The notes under the pieces are model-generated. The model was not told the origin of the DNA. It saw nothing but the letters and a program-made list of their open reading frames with translations, and ran no database searches. Positions 28,560 through 37,759 of a DNA stretch of 61,739 nucleotides are shown one piece after another. The stretch's first letter is position 1, and each line of letters opens with the position of its first letter. Location: positions 1 through 61,739 of the forward strand of contig DASYVD010000050.1 of the NCBI GenBank assembly GCA_036000545.1. The letters are read 5' to 3'. Origin of the DNA: Actinomycetota bacterium (GTDB lineage: Bacteria; Actinomycetota; UBA4738; CALAEC01). Made by a program: the position numbers and the translations under genes.

Positions 28560-29173
28560 GGCGCGGCTTCGTCGATCCCGCCCCGCTGGGACACCTGGTC
28601 GAACACGTAGAAGACGGCGACCAGGCCGTGGAGTGCCAAGGTGAGCGGAGCGCTCCAGAACGACAGGCCGAAGGCGATCGGATACACGATGAGACCCAGG
28701 CTGAACCGGCGGGTGAAGCCTCGGAGCACCTGCACGTCGAAGTGCGCGTGGAGCAGTCTGGCGTCCCGGACGATCCACCTCCACAGAAGCTGGAAGCTGA
28801 TGGCGACCCCGATGGCTCCACCGCTGTAGACGGCGGCGGCGACGTTCGCGTCGGGCCAGCCTGCCTTGATGTACCGCGCCAGCAGAGCGGTGGGGAACGG
28901 GATGGCCGCCACGAACACGAGCAACAAGAGGTTGAGGAACAGGAGAGGTCGATCCACCTGGGCCACGTACGCCAGGATCCGGTGGTGATTGACCCAGATG
29001 ATTCCGATCACCGCGAAGCTGACCAGGTACGCGGCGTAGCTGGGCCATTGCGAAGCCAGGGCCCTGGCGAGCCCTCCGTCCCCCACCTCGGGAACACGGA
29101 CTTCTATGATGAGCAGGGTGATGGCGATGGCCATCACTCCGTCGCTGAACGCCTCCAGGCGGTTCTTGTCCAC
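28556..29173 (-). CDS. TMEM175/DUF1211-family putative potassium channel
   Basis: The GTG start chosen 7 nt after the proS stop gives VDKNRLEAFSDGVMAIAITLLIIEV (RxxxFSD signature in TM1) plus 5 more hydrophobic helices. Confidence 0.8.
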   Translation of the reverse strand: MDKNRLEAFSDGVMAIAITLLIIEVRVPEVGDGGLARALASQWPSYAAYLVSFAVIGIIWVNHHRILAYVAQVDRPLLFLNLLLLVFVAAIPFPTALLARYIKAGWPDANVAAAVYSGGAIGVAISFQLLWRWIVRDARLLHAHFDVQVLRGFTRRFSLGLIVYPIAFGLSFWSAPLTLALHGLVAVFYVFDQVSQRGGIDEAAP

Positions 29174-29180
29174 CCCTGCC

Positions 29181-30605
29181 TCAGTACGCCAGGGCCCAGG
29201 TGGCTTCGTCCACCCCGGGATCACCGCACACGATGCACGGCCCCCCCGGGTCTTTCTGCTCGAGCGGAAGGAACCGGAGGGTGGCCTTTGTCTCCGCCTT
29301 GACCTTCCCCTCGCACTCCTCCTTGCCGCACCACGGCGCGATCATGAACCCGCCCGGATCCTTCAGGAGGGCGGCCATCTCGCTCATGTCCTTGGGATGG
29401 AAGGTGTGCTCGTCGCGGAATCTCCGAGCGTCCTCCAGCAGTCCCCGCTGGGTCAGGTCCAGGGCTTCGGCCACACGGCGGGTCAGGCCGTTCAGCGGGA
29501 CCTGAGCCTTCTCGCCGCTCAGCCGAGGCACCAGGGTGACCTGATCCGCTTCGAGGTCACGCGGGCCGACCTCGACCCGGACCGGAACCCCGCGGAGCTC
29601 CCAGTGGTTGAACTTGAAGCCTGGGCGGAGGTCTTCCCGGTCGTCGACGTGGACCCGACTGTCTCCGAGCTCGTCGGCCAGCCGGCCGCATGCCTCCAGA
29701 ACACGAACCCGCTCGTCGTCGCTTCGATAGATAGGCACGATGACTACCTGGATCGGAGCCAGGGCTGGAGGCAGCCGCAGGCCCCGGTCGTCGCCGTGGG
29801 TCATGAGCACGGCGCCCACGGCCCGGGTGGAGAGCCCCCAGGACGTGGCGTAGGCGAACTCCTCCTCTCCGTTCCGGTTGAGGAACCGGACCCCGTAGGC
29901 CCTGGCGAAATTCTGGCCGAGGTAGTGCGACGTGCACGCCTGGAGGGCCTTGCGATCGCGGACGAGTGCCTCGACGGTGTAGGTGTCGACGGCGCCCGGG
30001 AACCGCTCGGACGCGCTCTTCCGGCCCGCGGGCGCCGGAATGGCCATCACCTTTTCGTACGCGTCCAGATAGACCTCGTGGAGGATGCGGAGGCTTTCCT
30101 CGCGCGCCTCCCGCTCGGTCTCGTGCGCGGTGTGCCCCTCCTGCCACAGGAACTCGGTGGTTCGGAGGAACATGCGCGGGCGGAGCTCCCAGCGGAGGAC
30201 GTTGGCCCACTGGTTGTAGAGCAGGGGAAGGTCCCGGTAGGACTGGACCCACTTCGCGTAGGTGGCCCAGATGATCGTCTCCGACGTGGGCCGGATCACC
30301 AGCGGTTCCTCGAGGTCCTCTCCTCCGGCGTGCGTGACCACGGCGACCTGAGGGGCGAACCCCTCGACATGCTCGGCCTCCTTCTCCAGGAGGCGGTACG
30401 GGAACAGAAGCGGGAAGTACATGTTCTGGTGCCCGGTTGCCTTGATCCGGTCGTCCACGGCCCGCTGGATCCCCTCCCAGATGGCGAAGCCGTACGGTCG
30501 GATCACCATCGTCCCCCGGGCCAGTGAGGGCTCGGCGAGCTCCGCTGCCTTCACGACTTCCTGGTACCAGGCGGGGAAGTCCTCGCCTTGCTTGGGGAGG
30601 GCCAT
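29181..30605 (-). CDS. proS: Prolyl-tRNA synthetase, archaeal/eukaryote-like (Thermus-type) form lacking the INS editing domain
   Basis: 474 aa. FPAWYQEVVKAAELAE, RPYGFAIWEGIQ, RPTSETIIW, FLRTTEFLWQEGHTAH, TSHYLGQNFA, THGDDRGLRLPP, C-terminal CGKEECE...CIVCG...ALAY ending in Tyr. Closely colinear with the T. thermophilus enzyme as I recall it. Confidence 0.93.
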   Translation of the reverse strand: MALPKQGEDFPAWYQEVVKAAELAEPSLARGTMVIRPYGFAIWEGIQRAVDDRIKATGHQNMYFPLLFPYRLLEKEAEHVEGFAPQVAVVTHAGGEDLEEPLVIRPTSETIIWATYAKWVQSYRDLPLLYNQWANVLRWELRPRMFLRTTEFLWQEGHTAHETEREAREESLRILHEVYLDAYEKVMAIPAPAGRKSASERFPGAVDTYTVEALVRDRKALQACTSHYLGQNFARAYGVRFLNRNGEEEFAYATSWGLSTRAVGAVLMTHGDDRGLRLPPALAPIQVVIVPIYRSDDERVRVLEACGRLADELGDSRVHVDDREDLRPGFKFNHWELRGVPVRVEVGPRDLEADQVTLVPRLSGEKAQVPLNGLTRRVAEALDLTQRGLLEDARRFRDEHTFHPKDMSEMAALLKDPGGFMIAPWCGKEECEGKVKAETKATLRFLPLEQKDPGGPCIVCGDPGVDEATWALAY

Positions 30606-30661
30606 GTCGCGCAGCAGGATACCCCGAGACCGAACGCCAACCGTGCGAGAGGTGAGCGAGC

Positions 30662-30690
30662 TTGCACCTATCGCCTGGCGCTCTTACCTT
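30662..30690 (+). promoter_or_regulatory. Candidate sigma-70-type promoter TTGCAC-17 nt-TACCTT, 7 nt before ATG 30698 (leaderless arrangement)
   Basis: -35-like TTGCAC 30662-30667, 17-nt spacer, -10-like TACCTT 30685-30690. No SD before the ATG. Confidence 0.45.
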
Positions 30691-30697
30691 CGTCCTC

Positions 30698-30982
30698 ATG
30701 GCAGGCGTGCACATCCCGGGAGACTTTCGCCAGTTGGCCATGGTGGGCAACGATCCCGAGGCGGTGATCCAGCGCTGCGGCCTGGACACGTGGGATTGCG
30801 TGCTCATCGACGTAGAAGGCAACTGGACGCGGGCGGTGTTCCCGTCGAAGGAGCAGGCCGAGGAGGCCTGCCGCCAGCTAGGGATCCGGTTCCACGATGG
30901 GTGGGACGACCCCCGGCTGGTCAGGCGGATGAACCGCCGGGACCACTGGGGAGAGCCGGGAGGACAGCGCCGGGCGCTCTAG
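30698..30982 (+). CDS. Hypothetical small protein (94 aa)
   Basis: Good coding-like codon usage: MAGVHIPGDFRQLAMVGNDPEAVIQRCGLDTWDCVLIDVEGNWTRAVFPSKEQAEEACRQLGIRFHDGWDD... Start chosen from the promoter geometry. No family recognised. Confidence 0.5.
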   Translation: MAGVHIPGDFRQLAMVGNDPEAVIQRCGLDTWDCVLIDVEGNWTRAVFPSKEQAEEACRQLGIRFHDGWDDPRLVRRMNRRDHWGEPGGQRRAL

Positions 30983-31055
30983 GGCTGGCCTGCTTGGGGA
31001 AGCGGTCCCGGCGAGCGGCGCGACGAGGGTCTATACTGCTATGTAGAGTTGGGCC

Positions 31056-31084
31056 GAGTGGGCGGGGCGCCCACTCCTTTTTTT
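31056..31084 (+). terminator. Canonical intrinsic terminator (9-bp GC stem, 3-nt loop, T7) ending 5 nt before the rimP start codon
   Basis: GAGTGGGCG (31056-31064) GGG CGCCCACTC (31068-31076), then C and TTTTTTT (31078-31084). ATG at 31090. A TATACT -10-like box lies at 31032-31037. Confidence 0.75.
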
Positions 31085-31089
31085 GGGCG

Positions 31090-31566
31090 ATGGACCTGGA
31101 GCAGATGGTACGGCCGGTGGTCGAGGCCGCGGGCCTCGAGCTCCTGGACGTGGCCTTCGGCCGTGAAGGTGGACGCCGGGTATTGCGAGTCACCGTGGAT
31201 CGTGACGGTGGCGTCGACCTGGACTCGATCGCCGAGGCCAGCGAGCGGATCTCCCGCCGACTCGACGTGGAGGACTTCGATCCGGGGCCGTACGAGCTCC
31301 AGGTGAGCTCGCCGGGGGTCGAGCGGCCGCTCAAGGCGGCCCCCGACTTCGCCCGGAGCATCGGCAAGCAGGTCCGGGTGCGGACCACCGGGCCCGTGCA
31401 GGGTTCCCGGACCCACACGGGAACCCTCGTGGCTGCGGGAGAGCGCGAGGTCACGATCGCCACGGACCACGGCGAACGGAGCATCGTGTACGAGGACATC
31501 GCGTCGGCCCGAACGGTGTTTGACTGGGAAGCGGAGCTGAAGAGGAAGAAGCGGAGCGAGAGATGA
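31090..31566 (+). CDS. rimP: Ribosome maturation factor RimP
   Basis: MDLEQMVRPVVEAAGLELLDVAFGREGGRRVLRVTVDRDGGVDLD...YELQVSSPGVERPLK. Lies upstream of nusA with a 4-nt overlap. Confidence 0.92.
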   Translation: MDLEQMVRPVVEAAGLELLDVAFGREGGRRVLRVTVDRDGGVDLDSIAEASERISRRLDVEDFDPGPYELQVSSPGVERPLKAAPDFARSIGKQVRVRTTGPVQGSRTHTGTLVAAGEREVTIATDHGERSIVYEDIASARTVFDWEAELKRKKRSER

Positions 31567-32834
31567 ACGCGGAGCTGATCGAGGCACTTAGGGAGCTCGA
31601 GCGCGAGAAGGGGATCGCGTTCGAGACGATCCTGCACGGCCTCGAGGAGGCGCTGGCTTCCGCGTACAAATCCTCGATGCGCGGTCCCGACGAGGAGGAG
31701 GACGAGACCCGCGACATCCGGGTGACCCTCGATCCCGAGAGCGGCGAGATGGAGGCGTTCCTCCAACATCTCGACGAGGAAGGGACCGTGATCTCCGAGG
31801 AGCCGGTTGTTGTCTCGGAGGACTTCAAGGGACGGATCGCGGCCCAGACCGCGAAGCAAGTGATTTTACAAAAGCTCCGCGACGCCGAGCGGGAGATGAC
31901 GTACGAGGAATTCGCTGGGCGCGAGGGTGACGTGGTCACCGGGATCGTCCAGCAGGACTCTCACCGGTACACCTTGCTCGACCTGGGGAAGGTGGAGGCC
32001 CTGCTGCCCGTCCAGGAGCAGGTGCCTTCAGAGCCGTACCGCCACGGAGAGCGGCTGAAGGCGTACATCGTCGAGGTGCGGAAGACGAGCAAGGGACCGC
32101 AGATCATCGTGTCGCGGACCCACCCGAATCTGCTGCGAAAGCTGTTCGAGATGGAGGTCCCTGAGATCGCTGAGGCGATCGTGGAGATCAAGAGCGTGGC
32201 CCGGGAGCCCGGACACCGCTCCAAGATCGCCGTGTCCTCCAACGAGCCGGGCGTGGACCCCGTGGGCGCATGTGTGGGAGCGAAGGGCTCGCGGGTCCGG
32301 ATGGTGGTCAACGAGCTCAAGGGCGAGAAGATCGACGTGGTGGAGTGGTCTTCGGAGCCCGGGAGGTTCGTTGCCAACGCTCTGCAGCCGGCCAAGGTGA
32401 GCCGGGTGCGGATCGACCCGGACAACCAGACCGCGCTGGTGATGGTCCCCGACTATCAGCTGTCGCTGGCTATCGGCAAGGAGGGACAGAACGCTCGCCT
32501 CGCCGCGCGTCTCACCGGCTGGCGGATCGATATCAAGAGCGAGAGTCAGGTGGCGGATGAGGAGACTCGGGCCCGTCAGGCCCCCGCCGCCGAGCCCGCG
32601 GAGCAGCCCGAACCGTCGGAGCAGCCCGAACCGTCGGACCAGCCCGAACCGTCGGAGCAGCCCGAACCGTCGGAGCAGCCCGAACCGTCGGAGGCCGCTG
32701 CCCCCACGATAGAGTCCTCGGAGCCCGTCGGGGAGCAAGCTGGCCAGGAGCCGGCCCCTGACCCGGGCGAAGGGCCGGCTGATGCTCAAGCAGAGCCGAC
32801 GGGGTCCGAGGAGCAGGAGGCCAAGCGGGCCTAG
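31563..32834 (+). CDS. nusA: Transcription termination/antitermination factor NusA with a PEPSEQ-repeat tail
   Basis: 423 aa. N-terminal domain, S1 (GDVVTGIVQQDSHRYTLLDLGKVEALL), two KH domains (GACVGAKGSRVRMVVNEL, AIGKEGQNARLAARLTGWRIDI). Confidence 0.96.
   Translation: MNAELIEALRELEREKGIAFETILHGLEEALASAYKSSMRGPDEEEDETRDIRVTLDPESGEMEAFLQHLDEEGTVISEEPVVVSEDFKGRIAAQTAKQVILQKLRDAEREMTYEEFAGREGDVVTGIVQQDSHRYTLLDLGKVEALLPVQEQVPSEPYRHGERLKAYIVEVRKTSKGPQIIVSRTHPNLLRKLFEMEVPEIAEAIVEIKSVAREPGHRSKIAVSSNEPGVDPVGACVGAKGSRVRMVVNELKGEKIDVVEWSSEPGRFVANALQPAKVSRVRIDPDNQTALVMVPDYQLSLAIGKEGQNARLAARLTGWRIDIKSESQVADEETRARQAPAAEPAEQPEPSEQPEPSDQPEPSEQPEPSEQPEPSEAAAPTIESSEPVGEQAGQEPAPDPGEGPADAQAEPTGSEEQEAKRA
32601..32690 (+). 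repeat. Five tandem copies of an 18-bp unit GAGCAGCCCGAACCGTCG inside the nusA 3' end
   Basis: Units start at 32601, 32619, 32637 (one G>C change), 32655 and 32673. In frame, encoding (EQPEPS)x5. Confidence 0.95.
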
Positions 32835-32850
32835 CAACGAGGATTGGGTG

Positions 32851-33111
32851 ATGTCGCAGCCGGTGCGCACCTGCCTCGGCTGCCGTGTCATACGTCCCAA
32901 GCCCGAGCTTTTGCGCATCGTTCGCGGCCCGGACGGGGTTCGCGTGGACCCGTCGGGCAAGGCTCCGGGCCGGGGGGCTTACGTGCATCGGGACCCCGAC
33001 TGCGTCCGGGACGCGACCAGGAAGGGGGCGCTGGCGAGGGCCCTTCGGGTGAGTCTCTCGCCCGACGATTTGGCTACTCTACGGAGTGAGATGGAGAGGG
33101 AGATCGAGTGA
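32851..33111 (+). CDS. ylxR: YlxR/DUF448 family RNA-binding protein
   Basis: MSQPVRTCLGCRVIRPKPELLRIVRGPDG...GRGAYVH. Conserved position between nusA and infB. Confidence 0.88.
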   Translation: MSQPVRTCLGCRVIRPKPELLRIVRGPDGVRVDPSGKAPGRGAYVHRDPDCVRDATRKGALARALRVSLSPDDLATLRSEMEREIE

Positions 33112-35168
33112 GGATCCACGAACTGGCGAAGGAACTATCGGTCAAGAGCCGAGACCTCGTCGACGCTCTGGAGCAGATGGGCTACGAGGGACTTACGGCT
33201 TCTTCGAGCGTTCCCGACGAGGCCGTACCTCGCCTGCGAGCCTCCGGCGGCAAGCCCGTCCCCACCGGGAGACCTCGAATCGTCACCGAAGAGCCCCTTC
33301 CTGCCCGCCCCCGCAGGAGGCAGCTCGAGACAGCCGAGACGGTGGAGCCAGAGCCCGAGCCCCAGCCGGTTCCCGAGCCCGAACCCCAGCCGGAACCGAA
33401 GCCCGAGGCCAGACGCGAAGTGGTCAAGGTGGCCCGAGGCGCCTCCGCCAAGGAAGTCTCGGAGAAGCTTGGCGTCGAGCCTACCGAGGTGATTCGGAAG
33501 ATGCTCGAGCTGGGGGAGATGGTGACCATCACCCAGTCGCTCTCCGACGAGGCCATCCAGCTCATCGCGGGAGAGTACGGCTTCGAGATTGAGATCGTCG
33601 CCCCGGAAGAGGCTGTGGAGGAGGAGGAGGACGAGGAGATCGACCCGTCCCGCCTCCGCCCCCGCCCGCCGGTGGTCACCGTGATGGGTCACGTCGACCA
33701 TGGAAAGACCCTCCTTCTCGACGCGATCCGCCAGACCGACGTGGTCTCCCAGGAGGCCGGGGGGATCACCCAGCACATTGGGGCCTACCAGGTCCACCAG
33801 AACGCCCAGATGATCACCTTCATCGATACCCCGGGCCACGAGGCGTTCACGGCGATGCGGGCCCGGGGCGCCCAGGTGACGGACATCGCGGTGCTCGTCG
33901 TGGCCGCCGACGACGGCGTGATGCCCCAGACCATCGAGGCACTGGACCACGCCCGGGCCGCGGGTGTGCCGATCGTCGTGGCCGTGAATAAGGTCGACAA
34001 GCCGGAGGCCGACCCCATGCGGGTGCGAACCCAGCTCGCCGAGGCGGGCATCCAGCCTTCGGAGTGGGGTGGCGACTACGAGTTCGTCGACGTCTCCGCG
34101 AAGACAGGCCAGAACCTCGACCGTCTGCTGGAGACGATCCTGGTAGTGGCCGAGCTGCAAGAGCTCAAGGCCGACCCCGAGGGAAAGCCCCGCGGCGTCA
34201 CCATCGAGGCCCACCTCGACAAGGGACGGGGCCCGGTGGCCACGATGCTGGTTCACCGAGGCACCTTCCGCGTCGGTGACGCGGTCGTGTGCGGCTCCGC
34301 TCACGGGAAGATTCGGGCCATGTTCGACGAGAACGGATTGCCCGTCGAGGAGGCTCCCCCTGCGAAACCGATCCAGGTCCTCGGATGGACCAAGGTCCCG
34401 GAAGCCGGAGACGAGGTCCGATGGGTCGAGGACGAGAAGGAGGCGAGGCGCCTGGCCCAGGAGCGTGAGGCGCGGCAGCGGGCCGCGGGGCTCGTGGCGG
34501 CACAGCCGGCCACGAGCCTGGCCGACCTGCTCACGGCTGCTCGAGAGGGCGAGATCAGCGAGCTCAACATGGTGCTCAAGGCGGATACCAAGGGATCCCT
34601 GGAGGCTCTGAGCGAGGCGCTGGAGAAGCTGGCCACCGACGAGGTTCGGATCCGGATCCTCCGGAAGGGTGTGGGGGCCGTGGCCGAGAGCGACGTCGTG
34701 CTGGCCCAGGCCTCGCAGGCCGTGGTGGTGGGGTTCAATGTCCGTCCCGACGCCAAAGCGCGCGAGGTGGCCGAGCGGGAGGGAGTCGACGTCCGCCTGT
34801 ACCGAGTCATCTATCAGGCGGTCGACGACCTCAAGAAGGCCCTCTCGGGCCTGCTGGCCCCCGCCGAGGAAGAGGTCGAGCTCGGACGGGCCGAGGTCAG
34901 GGCCACGTTCCAGGTTCCCAAGCTCGGCCGGGTGGCCGGCTGCTACGTCACCGATGGCACCATCCAGAGAGCGGCCCGGGCGCGCCTGGTCCGGGACGGG
35001 GCCGTTGTCTACGAGGGCCGCGTCGCCTCCCTGCGGCGATTCAAGGACGATGTCCGGGAAGTCCAGGAAGGGTTCGAGTGCGGCATCGGTCTGGAGAACT
35101 TCCAGGACGTCAAGGAAGGGGACGTCATCGAGGCGTTCGAGGTTCGGGAGGTCGCCCGGTCCCTGTAG
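33108..35168 (+). CDS. infB: Translation initiation factor IF-2
   Basis: 686 aa. [25 protein letters not shown], Pro/Glu-rich linker, [29 protein letters not shown] GTPase motifs. Confidence 0.97.
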   Translation: MRIHELAKELSVKSRDLVDALEQMGYEGLTASSSVPDEAVPRLRASGGKPVPTGRPRIVTEEPLPARPRRRQLETAETVEPEPEPQPVPEPEPQPEPKPEARREVVKVARGASAKEVSEKLGVEPTEVIRKMLELGEMVTITQSLSDEAIQLIAGEYGFEIEIVAPEEAVEEEEDEEIDPSRLRPRPPVVTVMGHVDHGKTLLLDAIRQTDVVSQEAGGITQHIGAYQVHQNAQMITFIDTPGHEAFTAMRARGAQVTDIAVLVVAADDGVMPQTIEALDHARAAGVPIVVAVNKVDKPEADPMRVRTQLAEAGIQPSEWGGDYEFVDVSAKTGQNLDRLLETILVVAELQELKADPEGKPRGVTIEAHLDKGRGPVATMLVHRGTFRVGDAVVCGSAHGKIRAMFDENGLPVEEAPPAKPIQVLGWTKVPEAGDEVRWVEDEKEARRLAQEREARQRAAGLVAAQPATSLADLLTAAREGEISELNMVLKADTKGSLEALSEALEKLATDEVRIRILRKGVGAVAESDVVLAQASQAVVVGFNVRPDAKAREVAEREGVDVRLYRVIYQAVDDLKKALSGLLAPAEEEVELGRAEVRATFQVPKLGRVAGCYVTDGTIQRAARARLVRDGAVVYEGRVASLRRFKDDVREVQEGFECGIGLENFQDVKEGDVIEAFEVREVARSL

Positions 35169-35207
35169 GCTCAAGGAGGCAGGACCCACGACCGGAGGTG
35201 GGGGCCC

Positions 35208-35501
35208 GTGCTGGCGGCACTTTCCACGTTCGATCTTCGGATCCCGGGCTGTGGCTCGCTCAAGGAGAAGCGCCACGTGGTGAAGACGCTTTCCGCGGGT
35301 CTCCGATCGAAGTTCAACGTGTCGGTCGCGGAGGTGGACCACCACGACCTGTGGCAGCGGACCACGATCGGCGTGTCTGCCGTGGGTGCCCAGGGATTCC
35401 ACTTGCGAAGGGTGATGCACGAGGTGGAGCGGTATCTGTCGCGACAGCCGAGGATCGACATCATCGATCACCGCCTGACCCTGCACGCACAGGACGACTG
35501 A
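35208..35501 (+). CDS. DUF503 (YlxP-like) protein
   Basis: 97 aa: FDLRIPGCGSLKEKRHVVKTL...VAEVDHHDLWQRTTIGV. Conserved between infB and rbfA. Confidence 0.85.
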   Translation: MLAALSTFDLRIPGCGSLKEKRHVVKTLSAGLRSKFNVSVAEVDHHDLWQRTTIGVSAVGAQGFHLRRVMHEVERYLSRQPRIDIIDHRLTLHAQDD

Positions 35502-35521
35502 CAACGACGGACGGACCAGCG

Positions 35522-35893
35522 ATGACTCAGGGAGTGCGGCCCGAGCGGGTGTCGGAGGAGTTTCGAGAGATCCTCGCCGAGGAGATCCCGAAGCTGAAGG
35601 ATCCGCGGGTCGGGTTCGTCACCGTCATCGGCGTGGACGTAACGCCCGATCTTCGGCACGCCACCGTCCACTACACCGTTTTGGGCGAGGAGCGTGAGCG
35701 TAGGGCTACCGAAGCGGGGCTGCGGTCGGCCCGATCGCACCTACGATCGGTGATCGGTCGTCAGGTCCGGCTGAAGTTCCTGCCGGACCTGGAGTTCCGG
35801 GAGGACCAGGGCCTCGCTCGAGTGGAGCGGGTCGAGGAGCTCCTCCGAGAGATCCACGACGAGAAAGAGGAGGACCGTGGCTCGGACGAATAG
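35522..35893 (+). CDS. rbfA: Ribosome-binding factor A
   Basis: RPERVSEEFREILAEEIPKLKDPRVGFVTVIGVDVTPDLRHATVHY...LKFLPDLEFREDQ. Confidence 0.93.
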   Translation: MTQGVRPERVSEEFREILAEEIPKLKDPRVGFVTVIGVDVTPDLRHATVHYTVLGEERERRATEAGLRSARSHLRSVIGRQVRLKFLPDLEFREDQGLARVERVEELLREIHDEKEEDRGSDE

Positions 35894-36881
35894 CCGGCTG
35901 GGGGAGGCGCTCGACCGCGCCGCCGAGGCGCTCACTCGCGCAGATGACGTTGCGCTGGCCTGTCACGTGAACCCCGATGCCGACGCCATGGGGTCGATGC
36001 TCGCTCTGGCCTGCTTCCTCGCCAGCCAGGGGAAGCGAGTGGCGGCCACGTGGCCGAACGGCATCGAGACGGCCCCGCGGTGGGCATCGTTCCTCCCCGG
36101 AAGAGACCACGTGGTGGCTCCCGGTGACATGCCGAAGGAGCCCCAGGTCCTGGTGGCCCTGGACACGGCGGACATCAATCGCCTGGACGGTCTGGCCCAC
36201 CTGGTGAAGCGAGCCGGGACGGTCATCGTGGTCGATCATCACGTGACGAACACCGGCTTCGGGACCATCGATCTGATCGATCCGAACGCCGCGGCCACCG
36301 CCCAACTCGTGTTCGCGCTGATCGAGCGGATGGGTGGGCGGCTCGATCCCGACACCGCAGCGTGTCTGTACGCCGGCCTGGTCACCGACACGGGGCGGTT
36401 CCAGTTCTCGAATACGACTCCCGAGGTGCTCCGGATCGCCGCGCGCCTGCGGGAGGAACCGTTCGACCACGTCGCCCTGACCCAGGCCCTGTACGAGGAC
36501 AACTCCCTCACTTACCTCCGGCTGCTGGGAAGCGTGCTCGCGCGGGCCACGCACGTGCCGGCCGCCGACGTGGTGTGGACCTACCTGACGAGAGCGGATC
36601 TCGGTTCGGCGGGGGTCGGCATCGAGGAGACCGAAGACCTCATCGACCTGGTACGCACGGCCCGAGAGGCCGACGTGGCCGCCGTGCTGAAGGAGCAGCC
36701 CGGGGGCGGGTTCAAGGTCTCGCTCCGTTCGAAGGGCGGGACCGACGTGGCGTCCGTCGCCGCCTCGTTTGGAGGCGGAGGCCACCGCCTGGCGGCGGGC
36801 TACTCGTCGAAAGCCGGGCTCCAGGAGACGGTGGAGGCCCTCCTCGCCGCGCTGACTTCGGATCGCGCGCCTTCCGCCTAG
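35877..36881 (+). CDS. nrnA: DHH/DHHA1 phosphoesterase (NrnA-like oligoribonuclease / pAp phosphatase)
   Basis: CHVNPDADAMGS, VVDHHVTN (DHH), DTGRFQFSNT, GGGGHRLAAG (DHHA1 GGGH). Confidence 0.88.
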   Translation: MARTNSRLGEALDRAAEALTRADDVALACHVNPDADAMGSMLALACFLASQGKRVAATWPNGIETAPRWASFLPGRDHVVAPGDMPKEPQVLVALDTADINRLDGLAHLVKRAGTVIVVDHHVTNTGFGTIDLIDPNAAATAQLVFALIERMGGRLDPDTAACLYAGLVTDTGRFQFSNTTPEVLRIAARLREEPFDHVALTQALYEDNSLTYLRLLGSVLARATHVPAADVVWTYLTRADLGSAGVGIEETEDLIDLVRTAREADVAAVLKEQPGGGFKVSLRSKGGTDVASVAASFGGGGHRLAAGYSSKAGLQETVEALLAALTSDRAPSA

Positions 36882-37759
36882 TGGCAGCGACGGAGGGATT
36901 CCTCCTCGTCGACAAGCCGGCCGGAATCACTTCGCACGACGCCGTCGACGCGGTTCGGCGTGCCCTCGGCACGCGGAAGGTGGGGCACGCTGGAACCCTC
37001 GATCCGATGGCCACGGGGCTTCTGCTCGTGGGGGTGGGCCGGGCTACCCGGCTCCTCCGGTTCCTCAGCGATCTGGACAAGGAGTACGAGGGGACGGGCC
37101 GTCTGGGGGAGCAGACCGACACGTTGGACGCCGACGGAAGTGTCATCCGAACCGCCCCGGTAGATGTCTCCGGCCACCGCCTCCACCAGGCCGCGCAGGC
37201 GCTGGTCGGTAAGATCGAGCAGCGACCTCCTGCTTTCTCGGCGGTGAAGGTTAGCGGCCGCAAGCTCTACGCCGCCGCCAGGAAAGGGGACACGGTAGAG
37301 GCCCCACCCCGGCGAGTCCGGGTCGACGCCTTCGACGTGCTGCGCTTCGACGGGCGAGACTTCGACTTTCGGGTGACCTGCTCGACCGGAACGTACGTCC
37401 GCTCGCTGGTGGCCGAGGTGGGGGATCGGCTTGACTGCGGCGCGCATCTGACCAGGCTCGTCCGGACCCGGATCGGCCCGTTCCGGGTAGACGATGCCGT
37501 ACCGCCCGACCGGGCCGCCGACCCGCTCCCGGTCGACCGGGCCGTCGCTCATCTTCCCCGCGTCGACCTCGAGCCCGAGGAAGCCGAGGCCGCGAGACAT
37601 GGGCGACCGCTGGGACCCGCGGGGGTCGAGGGGCCCCACGCCGTGTTCGGTCCCGACGGTTCGCTGATCGGGGTGTGGCGCGACGAGGGAGCCCGAGCCC
37701 GCCCCGAGGTCGTGTTGACCCCTTCGAGCGGCCAGTCATTTCTGTCTAACGGCGATTGA
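36881..37759 (+). CDS. truB: tRNA pseudouridine(55) synthase TruB
   Basis: GTG overlaps the nrnA stop. GFLLVDKPAGITSHD, KVGHAGTLDPMATGLLLVGVG (catalytic Asp), YEGTGRLGEQTDTLD. Confidence 0.93.
   Translation: MAATEGFLLVDKPAGITSHDAVDAVRRALGTRKVGHAGTLDPMATGLLLVGVGRATRLLRFLSDLDKEYEGTGRLGEQTDTLDADGSVIRTAPVDVSGHRLHQAAQALVGKIEQRPPAFSAVKVSGRKLYAAARKGDTVEAPPRRVRVDAFDVLRFDGRDFDFRVTCSTGTYVRSLVAEVGDRLDCGAHLTRLVRTRIGPFRVDDAVPPDRAADPLPVDRAVAHLPRVDLEPEEAEAARHGRPLGPAGVEGPHAVFGPDGSLIGVWRDEGARARPEVVLTPSSGQSFLSNGD

Noticed and set aside
32601-32690. Possible CRISPR array (regular 18-bp repeats).
   Set aside because: The units are directly adjacent with no spacers, in frame inside nusA, and encode a peptide repeat. 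No cas genes are nearby.
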